Source: Dipteris shenzhenensis
Taxonomy: Eukaryota
NCBI GenBank assembly: GCA_047967505.1
Contig: CM106538.1
DNA: 64,000 nucleotides
Direction: 5' to 3' (one strand)
Positions within the stretch are counted from its first letter, which is position 1; each line of letters begins with the position of its first letter. A model generated the notes under the pieces. It saw nothing but the letters and a program-made list of their open reading frames with translations, made no database searches and was not told the DNA's origin. Both the position numbers and the translations under genes were made by a program. Shown in pieces: positions 37,500 to 50,706 of this stretch.

Positions 37500-39368
37500 A
37501 ATGGATGCTTGGGTGATTTTAGAATTTTTTGGGTCTTGAATTGGTTTTGTGTTGTGATTTTGGAGGTGTCCAGATGGAGAAGCTCATCCTCTCCATATGA
37601 ATTGGTTTTATGTTGTGATTTTGGAGGTGTGCAGATGAGAGGATGAGGGACCAATGCTTGCGAGAATGGAGTGACTTAAGGAGAGATTGCCTTGTCCTTG
37701 CACATGTTGCACCCAAGAAGTTTGACATCAATGCCGTATTATCATACGCCACATGCAAGCATATGGGGAGTCACCAAAAGTACCATTGGTTGTTGGTGGT
37801 GCTCGTGGATCATCGGCAGCAAGTATACAAGATAAGGGAGCATGTGCACTTGTATGCTTGGAGCCTAAGGGTAGTCTGCCTGCTATGCCAGAGGATGATG
37901 AGGGTATGGTAGACATGATGGATTTTGTTTTAAAGGCATCACATCACATGTATATGCGATGTCCATTTCTGAGACCGTGGTGTGGTAGTTGCAATCAAGA
38001 CTCTTGTATGATGATGCTCGGATGTTAAAACTATGGGCTTGCCTCTCGATCTTGAATTTGCAAGCATAATATGGTTGGTCAAACACGTGTCTTAGACTTA
38101 ATTAGGCTGGCACATAATTTATATCAATTGATGTTTTGATCTTGATTTTTTTAACATTTACTAGTATCTCATTCTTAAAGTTTCTTGCATATGTCAATTG
38201 CAATAGGTTGCTCTAGAAGATGTTGCCTGCCCCAAACACCATGCCCACATCAACAGACAAAGTGAAAAAGATGTTGTCAATCATCTCTTGGATCCCATAT
38301 GCATATCTTCAAGAATGTGGGGGATTCAATTTGGGCACATTTGGTTGGTGATAAAGACACAAGGAGTTCAAGCCCTTTCTCCCTTTCCATCTTTCTTCTC
38401 TTTGTCTTCTCTCTTCTTTCTCTTCTTGACAGGTTGCAAGACATGGGTCATAAGCCTATTTCTCTTATAATTTATTATTATATTTCTTTAATTAACCATA
38501 TATGGCACTTCATCTAACTCTCTTAATTTGGGTCCATAGGAATTTGTGATTGTTGTTCTATAGACAAGGAGTACAAATATGCACGAAAAGTAGGAGCGAG
38601 GGCATTTTTTGGAGAGCTAGAGTGTCAGGGATACATTGATTGGGCTACAGTGGTTAGTCGTCATGTAAGTCCACTCATGTAAGTCCACTCCAATCATCAT
38701 TGTTCTCAAGCATGTTTGATCATACCATTGATTTTACAATTATTATGCAATCTTATTTTTTTAATTGTTTTGTTCTTAGGGTGGCCATGTGGAAATCCCA
38801 GGCAGCATTGAAGAGGAGGATTTTGTAGATGGGGGGGGACATGGGGGAGAGAGAGGAGGGTGAGGGATCATGCATAGGCATAGAGGTCAAAGGATCACGC
38901 AGAGGAAGGGATGACTCAAGTGATTTGGATGATATGTCTACTGGTTCGGAGAAGGATATGTAGTAGTTTTACCATTTTGTATTTAGCATACCTTTGGCAA
39001 TTTTATTATATCTCATCTTCAAATTTTGTACTACCCTCTTCGAAAGGGAAATTTTGTATTTGAGATTTTTAGGCAATTTTGCACATTTTTACCTCGGATG
39101 GCATGTTGTAACTCTTACATTCTAATAAAATACATACAACAACGCGACTGAATGGGGCTTTAAAAAAACCTATTTTTCCCAATTTTTTTAAAATCTTTTG
39201 TATAGAATTGGCTTATACCAATGCTTTACTAAAGTGTCGATGTATACCGACACTTTACCATGTTGATATATATCGACATTAATACCAATAGATGCTTTAC
39301 ACCCGCCAAAAAAAAAAAAGTAATCTCCATTTGTATTTCCGTCAAAAAATAACAAATACCTTGTAGTG
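37500..39368 (+). mobile_element. CACTA deletion derivative, plus orientation, with right TIR
   Basis: N-terminal transposase-associated motif LPCPCTCC...IIRHMQAYG (37684-37770) and KLWACLSILNLQA*YGWSNT (~38030-38085). Subterminal repeats 39210-39290. Terminus CCTTGTAGTG (reverse complement CACTACAAGG) ends at 39368. Confidence 0.75.
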
Positions 39369-39369
39369 A

Positions 39370-41690
39370 AAGCTCTTCCATCCTCACTTCCATCTACATG
39401 TAATGTAGGTCTATTTTAGTGATGTACAACCATCCCATATATGCATGGATTAGACCTATTTACTGCCACAATAGATGGTGCAAATACACATAAGGATTTT
39501 AACAGTGAGACCATGTAGAACTACAAGCTAGCCCTCAAAATAAGGCAACATGTGGAGATAGATGCATTTACCTCCTCAGGTGTTCTCATTACAAAATCAA
39601 CCATTAATACTTTCACCTTTGACATGGATTATATCATGTCCTTAGATTGAATTTTCAATTTAGTCTTGCACTTATGTTTATAGTATGTAGTCCATACTTG
39701 ATGCAAATAAGTGGTTTGATCCAAGCCTTCAAATCTATTCCGATGGTAGCATTCATAAGCTCACATGCCTTAGGGATAACTTATGCCATTTCAGTCATAG
39801 TTCAAGCTCCTAGGCCTTCTCGATATCATCTCCTTGATGAGCCTATGATAGACTCCATCTGATGTCACAAATGTTCAGCAATATACATAGTCAACAACCT
39901 TCAACTCATGATAGTTGAGCATATAGGTTTGATATCCTTCCACGCCTTGTTAATTTTTGGGCCCCTTCAATATAGCATGGTCGTAGACTTACTTCTTTGG
40001 ACCTTGTATTTATGTAGCCCCTAGATCTCTCTATCCACAATGACTATGTGGTCTTCCATGATCCACCTATGGCCATGCATCCTATGATACATGTCACTCT
40101 ACTACAACATACCTCAAGAAATGCTTTCATTTCTTTCGGGTTGGTGGCAGCCTTGTTTGTCACAAAAATCAAGTTTGGCAAGGGAAGATTTGTGCTCATG
40201 TATGATGCAAAGTACCTAAAGTAAGAGAAATTAATTTCAATTGATTATCATGCTACCCCAATATGCCATGTAATGCTGCTCAAAAATTTGAATGGAGAAA
40301 TCAAGCTTTTGTCAATGGTTCCAAAGTAAAAGGATAAAACATTTGACACTTAGTGGGGGACTCTGTGTGTGTGTTACCTATTATTTCAATGAATCTAAAT
40401 CTCCACTAATTCATGCTCTTAGTCAACACTTTGAAAGGCCCTTGACAGCCATTAATCCATGTCACTCTATCTAGACTAGCAATATCAAATCTTAGGGGAT
40501 ATATGGAATAATCATATGCCCTATTCTCCTTCATTTTCAATTCTTATCCAAGCATAATGTTGAATCATCTTAGACCTGCAAACAAGAACCCTCAAAAAAT
40601 GATGCATATAAACCTGCATATAGAACACAAGGGTAAAATCTATCTTGACTCAGCTCATATCCAATACAATTCCATGTTTCATTAATCAATCATATCCATG
40701 AAGTTCTAAATGGAAGCCCAATGGTAGATGAATCCCAATGGGCTCAATGAAATCCCACAAGCATGGGATCAAGTCAAGATTAGCATTAATCAAATCTTGG
40801 GATTCTCATACTCCAAAGGAAGAAATTAATGTCAAGTCTAAGGAAAGTAATGAAAATAGATCTTGCATACAAGTACCTGATACCAGACTCCAATATGGAG
40901 GGTATTTAGAAAGAATTTAAATGGATTCACCTTATCTTCTTTTAGTCATACATTATTCTTAGTTCTTAAAGACAAAAGGCTCCCTGGAGCAAAGGAATCC
41001 TCCAATGTAACCTTTCTTCCTACATTATTCCCAAGGAATCCCTAGAGGAATTCAAAAAGAATTCCCTCAATGCCCTCTTTATTCATACACTATTCCTTCC
41101 ATCTAAAGGCAAGCAACTTCCTATAATACCAACCCCTAAATGTAGGCTATGCATGGAAATTCAAGTAGCAATGATAATGAAATATCATGTTCCAATAGGT
41201 CATCAACTTGGACAAGATAAAAATCTATCCTCCTATTTGAGGAAATCATACTATGACTAGAAGCAAGGGTTTCCTCCTGGTATATAATGTCCATAGCTAA
41301 ATGTCCAATCCATATCAAGGAATAATATCTCATCTTAGGGGTTCTTTCCCTTATAATTTACTAATTCCATATAGAGGACTAGTTAAAAGGACTCCCCAAT
41401 AGTATCAAGTCAAAAAGGTCAGCCTAGTCATCCATATACAAAAGATAAAGAAAAGGAATTTCCAGTAACCATTATCAAATGAAATTTCCCATCAAATATG
41501 TTTGATATCAAAATCACAAGTACTTCTAGCATATATATCATATGTTTTCTATCATCGAAGGGAGACAATGGTTCAAGGAATTCTATCTCTCTATTGCCCA
41601 AAGAGTCAATCTTCTCAATTAGCCAACTCAGGTTAATCGGTCTTCTAAGGTTTAGTTTATCTTCATCTATATGCCTCTGGCAACTAGATC
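39370..41690 (-). pseudogene. Very old Gypsy-like pol relic (possibly continuous with 27900-28700 before the CACTA insertion)
   Basis: Weak motifs PTLHVDGS (RNase H-like, ~39395) and HGIVLD...FL...IQHYA (RT connection-like, 40550-40675). Confidence 0.35.
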
Positions 41691-41884
41691 CGGGCAGGTA
41701 GATGTATTGACAGAGAATACATTTTATTTGAAATTTGTAATTTTTTCATATAACCACACATTTTGTTTTTAGAAATTTTAATTACCACATAGCAATTTGA
41801 ATTTGGCACATAGCACTTTGCATTAAACAAATGACACTTTATGCTGCATTGTTTCTAAAGTCTTGTAAATTATTTTTCATGTAG

Positions 41885-44800
41885 GGTTTTCTACTATTAT
41901 GGAGCACTCTCAAGAGATTAGAGCTTTTTTCTCTAACACCACCTTACATTTCAATGGGAAAGGGTATGCCCTTGGTAACTTTGAAGGGAAGTGGACTCAC
42001 ATGTAGATGGGAAGAAAAGTTTGGTTTCTCATTCAAAGAAAAACTGAGCTACATCTGATGATGTCAAGAAAAGATATGGAGCAAGATGAGGAGCCATGGA
42101 ATGCAAGCTTCTCTAAGAAAGATATAACTTCTAGCATGGTTGTGTATCGGAGGTTATCATTTTATCTTATCAAAAGGTCTAAATAGGTTCGCAATGCCAC
42201 CTCCTCCACCATCAAACTTTGCAAAATTACAAACTCCATTATAGGCTCTCATGGATGAATGGAGTACATTTCCAAATGCAGAGGCAAGTAGGTTGAGTCA
42301 AAAGATTATGGTTGAGTACTTTAAGGCATCATCACTCAAGATAGACCATGAATTCAATCAAGAGTAGGGAGGGCATAAGCAAGATCAGGTGGATGCTAGT
42401 TTCGTTCGGAAACAAAGAGGAGACAAGTAGGATAGAGAGCTCCTAGTTTGGCTCAGAAGAAGCCTAGACAAGGAGCCCCACATCAAGGATCTACACACAA
42501 ACTCTTTGAGATAGAAGAAGAAGCAAATGCTGCATTCCAACTAAAAAATGAAGAAGCGACACAACCATTGCAGCCTATAGATATACAAAAGATAGAGGAA
42601 GAGGAAGGACGAGCCAAGGCCACTTTGGTGCAACCTATCAAAGGAAAAGAAAGACGAAAAATAGAAAAGATTAGTACTACAAGGGCCACATTTCCAAAGG
42701 CTACTTTCACAAAAAGACAACATTCCTCCGTTCAGAAAGTTCAAGTAAAAGATAAAGAGGACACAAATCCAAAGGCTACTTTGAAAAAAAGGCAACATTC
42801 CTCCGCTCAGAAACTTCAAGTACAAGAGCAAAGAGAAAATATAGAGGAAGAAGAGTCAGACAAGAGGTTGAGGAAGATCAAGATGAGCTCATGTCAATAA
42901 AGAATCTCAATCTGTGTCTCAAAGAGACGATCACAGTCGATGATGTCGGATATATATGGGGACAAAAGCCCTATCCTATGAATGCTCGAGATGTGGAGTC
43001 AGCATCTATTTTTACCAATAATAGGAATCTTGATATATCTTATGCGATGAAAATATTCAAGGCTTTGGTGGATGGCAAGAAACACGTGAGGTTTCTTCCA
43101 ATGATATTCGCCAATTCATCAATAGAATACTATCTACCACCATTAGTAGAGCTAGAATTTGCAATATTGTGATTTTTGTCGATAAAGAAAACAAGGAAGA
43201 GATACATAACACTTTGGAGAAAGTTTATGCTTCTAATTTCAAGATCCACAATGGTGTGTATGCATCCAAGACAAGCAAGAGAGAATGTGGATTAAAGATC
43301 CAATGCCTCGAATCATTCCTCTTATGCATGCGGAGTCCATATCCTGACCAGTCTCTACAATATAACATAAGGGGGACTTCCAAGAGTTTGCATCTCATGC
43401 TAGAGGAGAAAGAAATCCATAGGTCCTCTCATCATCAAGTGCACTCCAAAATCTATGAATGTCCTCCAAAAAGTGGAAGTCTTTTGATTACTATGCTGGA
43501 ATACTTGCAACTGCCTAATCGGGCGGTCACCCTATTATGGATGGGATATCTTTTTGAAGATCTTCTCAGAAAAGGACATTCCACTAATATTATTCAAAGA
43601 AAGGCTTACATGGCACACTTCCACTTGCAAGCTGATCTAACTGTTGGCTACGAGAAAGAGGTGGAACATAAGAGGATTGGAGATGATGACATGGAAGATC
43701 TTGATGGATCCCCATATAAAGACAAAGATGATGCAGGTGATGACATGGATGATCTTCCTGGTTCATAAGATTACTCAAAGAAATCATGGACAGATATCTT
43801 GGTATGACCCTTTACTTTTCTTTTACCAGCATTACATTTAACTATAACCTATCAATCTCACAAGCTTTTGTATTTTTTACAGACGGTAGAGGGGAAGGAA
43901 GAAAATGAGTTCACGTGGATTTGAATTAAGGAAGGCCACAATATTACCTTCAAGTTTAATTGATATGGTGATTGCTAGAAAAATTGAAAGTGAAATATTT
44001 ATGACAATAAAAGGATCACTGAAAGACTTTCCTGATATAGAGAGTCAACTACTTCGCTTTTATGGGAACTCAGAGGATATGATGATGGCGGGGCTCACGC
44101 TTAAGAATTCTAAAGATTTATCCAAGCTACAAGAAATAGGAAGCAACTTTGATATTCAGGTTGTGATTGGATAGCGACCTTAATATCTATCATTTGGTTC
44201 AGAAGAGTTTCAAATCTTAAGATATCAAGGAAAAGAGGTTAATGTTGATGAAGTCATAATGACCACCCTCAGGTTTGATATAAACTTTATCTTTGCTTAG
44301 TATTTATATATTGATTAAATCTAATGAGCTAATTTATTCATTCCCTTGTCTGTTATGATGGATAGGTCCACATTAAGGTTAATAAGTGCAATTGAACAAG
44401 TCACAAACTATGATGGTGACTTGCAAGAAGCAATGGACTTACAACGATATGAGGTTGTAGAGCAAAATGATCCATACAGCTATGGGTGGAGAGTGTGCTA
44501 CACCTGCAAGTTGCTCCTCGATGAAATATTTGATGTGAAGGGCTCACAATCCTCAATCTCTACATATTCTAATGTAGAACTATATACATTTGTGGCTCAT
44601 ACTGTTTGATTCATAATTGCTCAATCTCCAATTAAAATAATTGAGACACCCAAGTCTGCATCAAAGACTCTCGAGGAAGTAGAGACTTAATATACTCCCA
44701 ATCCATCACAACCTTTGAAAGAGTCTACTCCTGAAGCATCACAATCGTCGACTCCAGCCGCCGCAAACAAAGAATCATACCATTTTGGGGAGTCTATGCC

Positions 44801-45120
44801 CAAAGCATTCCAGAAAAGTCCTTGAATGGAAGTAGAGACTCATTCTATGCCATGGACATCACACCCTCCCAAGGATTCTATGCCCAAGGAATCACCATCT
44901 ACCCCACACTCAAAAGCAGAGATTCAGTATATGCCTGGGGAATCATAGCCTCCTCTAGATTCTATGCCTAAACCATCACAACGGAGTCCACACTTGGAAG
45001 TAGACAAATTCTATGCACAAAGGAAGAGTCCATATATGCCTAAAGCATCAAAGACTTGAGAGATTGATTCTACTTCCAAAGCATCATGACAGAGTCCACA
45101 GGAAGCATCAAAATCCACTT
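41885..45120 (+). pseudogene. Large spliced pseudogene of unknown family
   Basis: Chain of same-strand ORFs 42448-44609. GT-AG introns at 43802-43882 and 44273-44365; the second joins in frame (TTL-R-STL). K/E-rich N-terminal part and S/P/T-rich repeated C-terminal part. Confidence 0.55.
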
Positions 45121-45579
45121 CATTGTGAAGCTTTATGATGGAGTTTAGCATGTTCATGAGTTATCTTTTGAAGTAGAAAAACATTATTGGCAAGTGATGC
45201 ATGTAAAAGTGCAAAGTCGCAAAACTTTGTATTTGTGATTTTGTTGCTCAAAATGTTATTTTGGTTGATTGTATTAAATGTGAATACATAATGGGCATTC
45301 ATCATGGATACATATTAAATGTGTGACTTGTTTTCCTTCTCTCACAATATTATTTTGTTTGAACTTGCAACTACAAACAATAAGATAACTCAAATCATAC
45401 TATAGGGTCAAAGTTTATAACATTATAGAGTCATAAGAGCCACACTACATGAGAATTTGCTACTAAAAAATAAATTGTATTAGCAATTCTAATATGATCT
45501 GCTCAACCCTACCAAACTTGTTGCAGAGAATACAAAATAAGATTAACGACTATTACAGGCCACACAGGCTGAGATCACA

Positions 45580-46029
45580 CTAGAAGATCTCATCATTAGT
45601 ATCTCTTATCTTGTCAACAACCCAATCTTCCAGGGACTCCATGTCCATATCCTCAACATAATTACAATGAAAGAAATTCAAGCAGTCATAGATTGTTTCT
45701 TTATAATCTTTTTGGGAGGCCCTTGTTGTTCTTTCAGCATCCCAATCAAATCGGCCATACTGAATGCTTCAATAACATAGGTTGCTTAAGAAGTCCAAGA
45801 GATCTTGTCTTGCTTTTATAATAAATTGTAAAAATATTTCGCTCTTTGTTGTCTTCTGAGTCTCCTCCCTCTCTATCTGCCTCTGTGCATTGAATTCCTC
45901 TCTCTTCATCCATGTTAGTGGAGAGCCTTGTTGAATTCTTGCATCTCTCCTTGCTCCTTGGTCAACAATCCATTCTTTGAGACAGTCGATTCTAGACTCC
46001 ACGTCTCCAACGATGCCAAGGACATCCAT
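45580..46029 (-). pseudogene. Unknown ~149-aa protein, one internal stop; paralog of 46845-47231
   Basis: MDVLGIVGDVESRIDCLKEWIVDQGARRDAR...RQDLLDFLSNLCY*SIQYGRF..., in frame to the TAG at 45580. Confidence 0.65.
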
Positions 46030-46119
46030 GGTGTGTGGAGAGATGATAAATTAAGAGTGATGAACGAAGAATGTGGTTGTAGAAGGACTAGGATGGATGA
46101 AATAAGGGAGTCTGATAAT

Positions 46120-46545
46120 TATATTATTCTTGTCTTCAATCACTTTATTTCATAGATTTAAACTGATTCAAAATCTATCATCTCATGTGTCTCTCACATT
46201 TACGATCTTTCATTTTTTACTTCACTCAATGGACAAGTCACCTCTCTAAATTTATTAAATCGGTTTTACTTTTTTCAAAGTCTAACTTATTATATACAAT
46301 AAATATCTCATGATGAGAATCTAATAATTATATCACTCTTGTGTTCTATCACTTTATTTTATAGATTTCAATGTACTCAAAATCTATCGTCTCACATGTC
46401 TTGCATCTGCAAGTCTAACTTATTATATTAAAAAAACATCTCATGATGATATTCTAATAATTATATCATTCTTGTATTCCATCACTTTATTTTATAGATT
46501 TCAATGTACTCAAAATCTACTGTCTCACATGTCTCACATTACGGC
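46120..46545. repeat. AT-rich direct repeats (x3) between the divergent ORFs
   Basis: ATCACTTTATTT(T)ATAGATTT...CAAAATCTA..GTCTCA recurs at ~46140, ~46348 and ~46481. Confidence 0.8.
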
Positions 46546-46844
46546 CTTGCATCTGTTACTTCACACAATCTAGTCATCTCAGCCTCTCCCAATTATTTAT
46601 TCTAAATCTTTCATCTCACATTATGAGTTTGCAATTGTATAAATCCCTCTCTAGTCATTCGTCTTCAACATCTCACCTGTAGCAAATGCTTCTTTCACTT
46701 TGCTCTTCTTACCTTACTCCTCTCCTCAAGCTTACTCCTTCCATCTTGCCCGCAGCCTTACCTCCTCTCCTCAAGCATACTCCTTCCATCTTTCCTTACC
46801 TCCTCTCATTACCTCACTCTCGTTACCTTCCTTCTCTCGTTTCC

Positions 46845-47231
46845 ATGGATCTTTTTAAAGTAATTGATTCCATCGAGTAAGCCATTAGCAACATCAAACT
46901 ATGGATTGCCAAGAACTAGGGGAAGAGAGACGAGAGAAAGCGAAATCTAGCTCCATTATCCCAGTATGAGAAGGATGACTTTGCTTGTCTGAAGGGCTTA
47001 GAGAAGGAGGAGAAAGGAAAAATAAGTATGGCTACTAGTGAAATGGAAATAGAAAAATTGCATTCATATAAGAGAGAGCTAACAGACATTCAAAGTGAGA
47101 TATCTTCGCATGTGGCTCATTATGGAAGATTTCCACCCCAGGAAGCGCAACTTGATGAGGATGAGATGAATGGGTTGAATTTAGGATTACAAGAGAAAAT
47201 AGATTTTCCTTCCATGAGAGGCTTATTGTAA
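46845..47231 (+). pseudogene. Unknown ~128-aa protein, two internal stops; paralog of 45580-46029
   Basis: MDLFKVIDSIE*AISNIKLWIAKN*GKRDER...KRELTDIQSEISSHVAHYGRF..., no frameshift. Confidence 0.65.
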
Positions 47232-47530
47232 CTTTTGGTGTTTTTCAACACCTTTATACATATTGTGAGAGTTTGCTATGTCCACTTGTAACTTTTGAAG
47301 GTGTTTCCTAAACACCATTATAAATATTAAGAGAGTTTACAACTACTAAGTCTTATTTTTTGGTGTAACTTATCTCAGGCTTATTGTAACTTTTGGTGTT
47401 TGTCAACACCTTTATAAATATTGTGAGAGTTTCCTTAATACAGTAACTTTTGAAGGTGTTTGTTAACACCATTATAAGTATTAAGAGAGTTTACAACTGG
47501 TGAATCTTATTTTTTCGTGTAACTTATCTA
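47219..47530. repeat. ~157 bp x2 duplication, each copy with two GGTGTT-N4/5-AACACC stem-loops
   Basis: Seen directly. Confidence 0.85.
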
Positions 47531-47993
47531 GGCTGCATTAAATTTTATAATTTTAGTTTCATCTCCTTTAAAAATATTTAAAAAAATGCTTGTTTTTATG
47601 TTTTCATCTGTGCTTTGAAGGTTGGGTTTTTTCTTAAATTTTATCTGAAAACTAGTCCAAACATATATGTAAAAATGAATTTGTACATTGACAAGTCCAA
47701 AATTAATGAAATAAGTGTTAAGGGAGTTTGTTTTTAGACTTGAGATCTAATGCTTTAGAATGCACCACGTGGCTTCATAGGATTTCAGAATTTGAGAAAA
47801 CCCTCTAGTGTTGGCCAAGTAAAAAAAATTTTGTCAAATTGAGGTATATTATAATACTTTTGCTTTAAAATTATTTATAGTAAAGTGTTCTAGAAGCTCA
47901 AAAGCTCCAAAACTACGGCATGCTCTCATGCTCCCTCACCATTTCTTTCTCTCTTTCTGCATTGAGCTTGTTCTCTGTTCCCCCTTGGCTCTC

Positions 47994-49283
47994 ATGGAAT
48001 ATATGGATGGGCTAGATCAGATCGATGTCCCATGAAGAAGAAGTGGTTACATAGGCGCATACCACATCGTGTGAAGCAAACTAGGAGTTCCCATCTGAAG
48101 ATGGAGAGAAGGCATGCCTTGACAGAGCTGGCAACATTTAAGCAAAGTTTACTCTGTGTACGAGAGCAAATTCATGTTCCTGATACATGAGACCGAGAGT
48201 CCAGTCCGTCTTCCATTCTGAAGAAAAATCCCAAATTAGGGGAAGTTGCATCACTATCCAATTTCAAAATTCTAGCTACCCTAAAGAATGAGTCAAATGA
48301 GGAGGACAATTTAGTACATCTTTCAGTGTTTCTCCTACAATGGCAATGAGTACTACACAATGAATGTAAAACAAGAAGGTTGGCTATTGTCTGTGAAAAG
48401 ATGCAGGGGCACTTCATTGAAGTATTCACATTTGGTTGGCATTGGTTGGTTATGTCAAAATCTGGGCATTTACAAAAAAGTACCTAAGGAATTTGTGCAA
48501 GGGTCGTTGTCTACAAAGGGCACGAAATTCGTTGCTATGTTCTCGTATCCGGTTGTCACTGAATTTATGGATTATGCAACTAAAGTGCTGGTAGGTTTTA
48601 CCTCGACAGATAATGACATCTGGAGCTGCTATGAATCCACATTGGCAAATCACATTGAAGATGTTTGCAAACAATTGGCAGATGCTAAAGGCATTGGCAT
48701 GGATGAGGTAAAAAAAAGAAACAATCATTAGGGCAAAAGGACACCTTATGGACATGTTGGATGCAATGTTTAGATCTTTTTCCAATGGAGAACTCCTATG
48801 CTCTCTGGGGATGCTCATAGGATGCAATGACTTTTTTGAAGCACCACTTGTTCTACACTTGCATGGAGCTCTGGGGGAGCATTATGTCCCTTGATGCTGC
48901 AAGGACATTTTATAGAGATCCATTGTTCAGGTACGATGGGAAACGACATAAATCTTTCCACGTCTTGTGATAATGCAACCTTTGTGGAGGGTTACATGGA
49001 AGATTTTCTTCCCACCATGCTGGAGCCGGCGGACGCTTTGTATTGGGGCAATGTTGATATTACTGCATTTTCACATTGGCTGGAAAAGCATCTCGATATG
49101 CTGGTGCATCCACAATGGCGAGCCAAGATTGAATGGGATCAAGGTGTAAATGGTCCTCCTTGTCTCTCTTCACATTGTCATCTTCCCAAGCAACTAAGCT
49201 GCCTTAACACCAAAGTCTTCTACTTTTTCAACTCTTCAAACAAAGAATCATGTAGATTGATTAGGATTAGGATTTTAGATTGA
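47994..49283 (+). pseudogene. Unknown protein, frameshifted, with an internal QGHFIE repeat
   Basis: Pyrimidine-rich leader then ATG at 47994; same-strand ORF pieces 48360-48731 and 48891-49283; (M/L)QGHFIE at ~48401 and ~48897. Confidence 0.45.
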
Positions 49284-49647
49284 TCACTTGATCAATCTAC
49301 ATGATTCTGTGTTTGAAGAGTTGAAGAACTCTATAGGATTTTAGATTGATCACTTGATCAATCTACATGATTCTCTGTTTGAAGAGTTGAAGAACTAGAA
49401 GATTGATCAAGTGATCAATCTAAAATCCTAATCCTAATCAATCTACATGATTCTCTGTTTGAAGAGTTAAAGAACCAGAAGACTCAGATGTTGAAGGCAG
49501 CTTCCTCACTTCGAAAGATGACGATGTGAAGAGGGACAAGGGACCATTTACGATTTAATCCCCTTCCTTCAATCTTGGCTAGCCATTGTGGATGGATGAG
49601 CATATCGAGATGCTTTTCTAGCCAGTGTGAAAATGTAGTAATATCAA
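49054..49647. repeat. Long inverted repeat (arms 49054-49298 and 49400-49647)
   Basis: Arms are complementary over ~245 bp. The inner ~55 bp are perfect; the outer part has scattered mismatches and small indels. Confidence 0.95.
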
Positions 49648-49800
49648 TCTAAAATCCTAAAAACAAGTGATCAATCTACATGATTCTCCATTTGCAAATT
49701 TTGCAGCTTTGCAGGATGCAGTACATAAGTGTAAATGGATACTTTAGTTTTTCAAGTTTTAAATAATTCGTTCACTCTATAAATTCTCTTTCATTCATAC

Positions 49801-49849
<49 letters not shown>

Positions 49850-50543
49850 TATTCCTATCTTGATCAATTTTGTTTCTTGACTTGTCCTGATGAATTTTGC
49901 CATCAAAATGTCAAATGTGGTGGCCATCACAAAAGGAATGCCTAAACAAAATTGTGTTGTTGAGCAACCTGACAATATCCAAAACAAGGTGCAGATCTAC
50001 ACTTGCAGGAGAGCACAACAAAGGGAGTGTTATCTACAATACACATGAGTGAAGATCCATGAAGGCCAACCTTGCAGATATGTTTATGACACTTGGTCTT
50101 CTCAGAGTCCTTTGTACCTTGCTCTTAAATTGAGCATAAGGTGTATGTGAAGTCTAGCCATAAGGTGGTAGCTAGTTGAGCTTACTGGGACTTGAAATAT
50201 AGACCAGGATTTTGTTTCATACTTCCTATTTGAGTATGATTAGGTCCTTCAAAGTACTCTTCATTTTAAGTGTGGTTAGACAAGGTGGACATGGAGGAAT
50301 GGAATGCAAAGGAGGCATCAAAGATCTTAAGAGAATTATAGTGCCTTGAAAAAAAGGAAGAAAATGCCATGCAAAGCAAGATGCTAATCAATCAAGATGG
50401 CTATTAGTGTAAGTCTCCATGCACTAGTGATCAAGCATTTGGATATTTGCTTGCAAGTCCCCATGAAGAACTATTCTCTCAAATTATCAAGTACCATTGG
50501 ACTACTCTCAAATCATTAAATCAATACCATTGGACTATTCAAC

Positions 50544-50706
50544 GAATCTGTATACAAGTGGCCAACCAATCAATATACAAGTGGCATCATGGTTGCTATA
50601 TTGTGAATCAACCATTAAAGGCCTTGAATCTGTATACAAGTGGCTAACCAATCAATATACAAGTGGCATCATGGTTGCTATATTGTGAATCAACCATTAA
50701 AGGCCT
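50544..50706. repeat. Tandem duplication 82 bp x2
   Basis: GAATCTGTATACAAGTGGC...AACCATTAAAGGCCT occurs twice. Confidence 0.92.
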
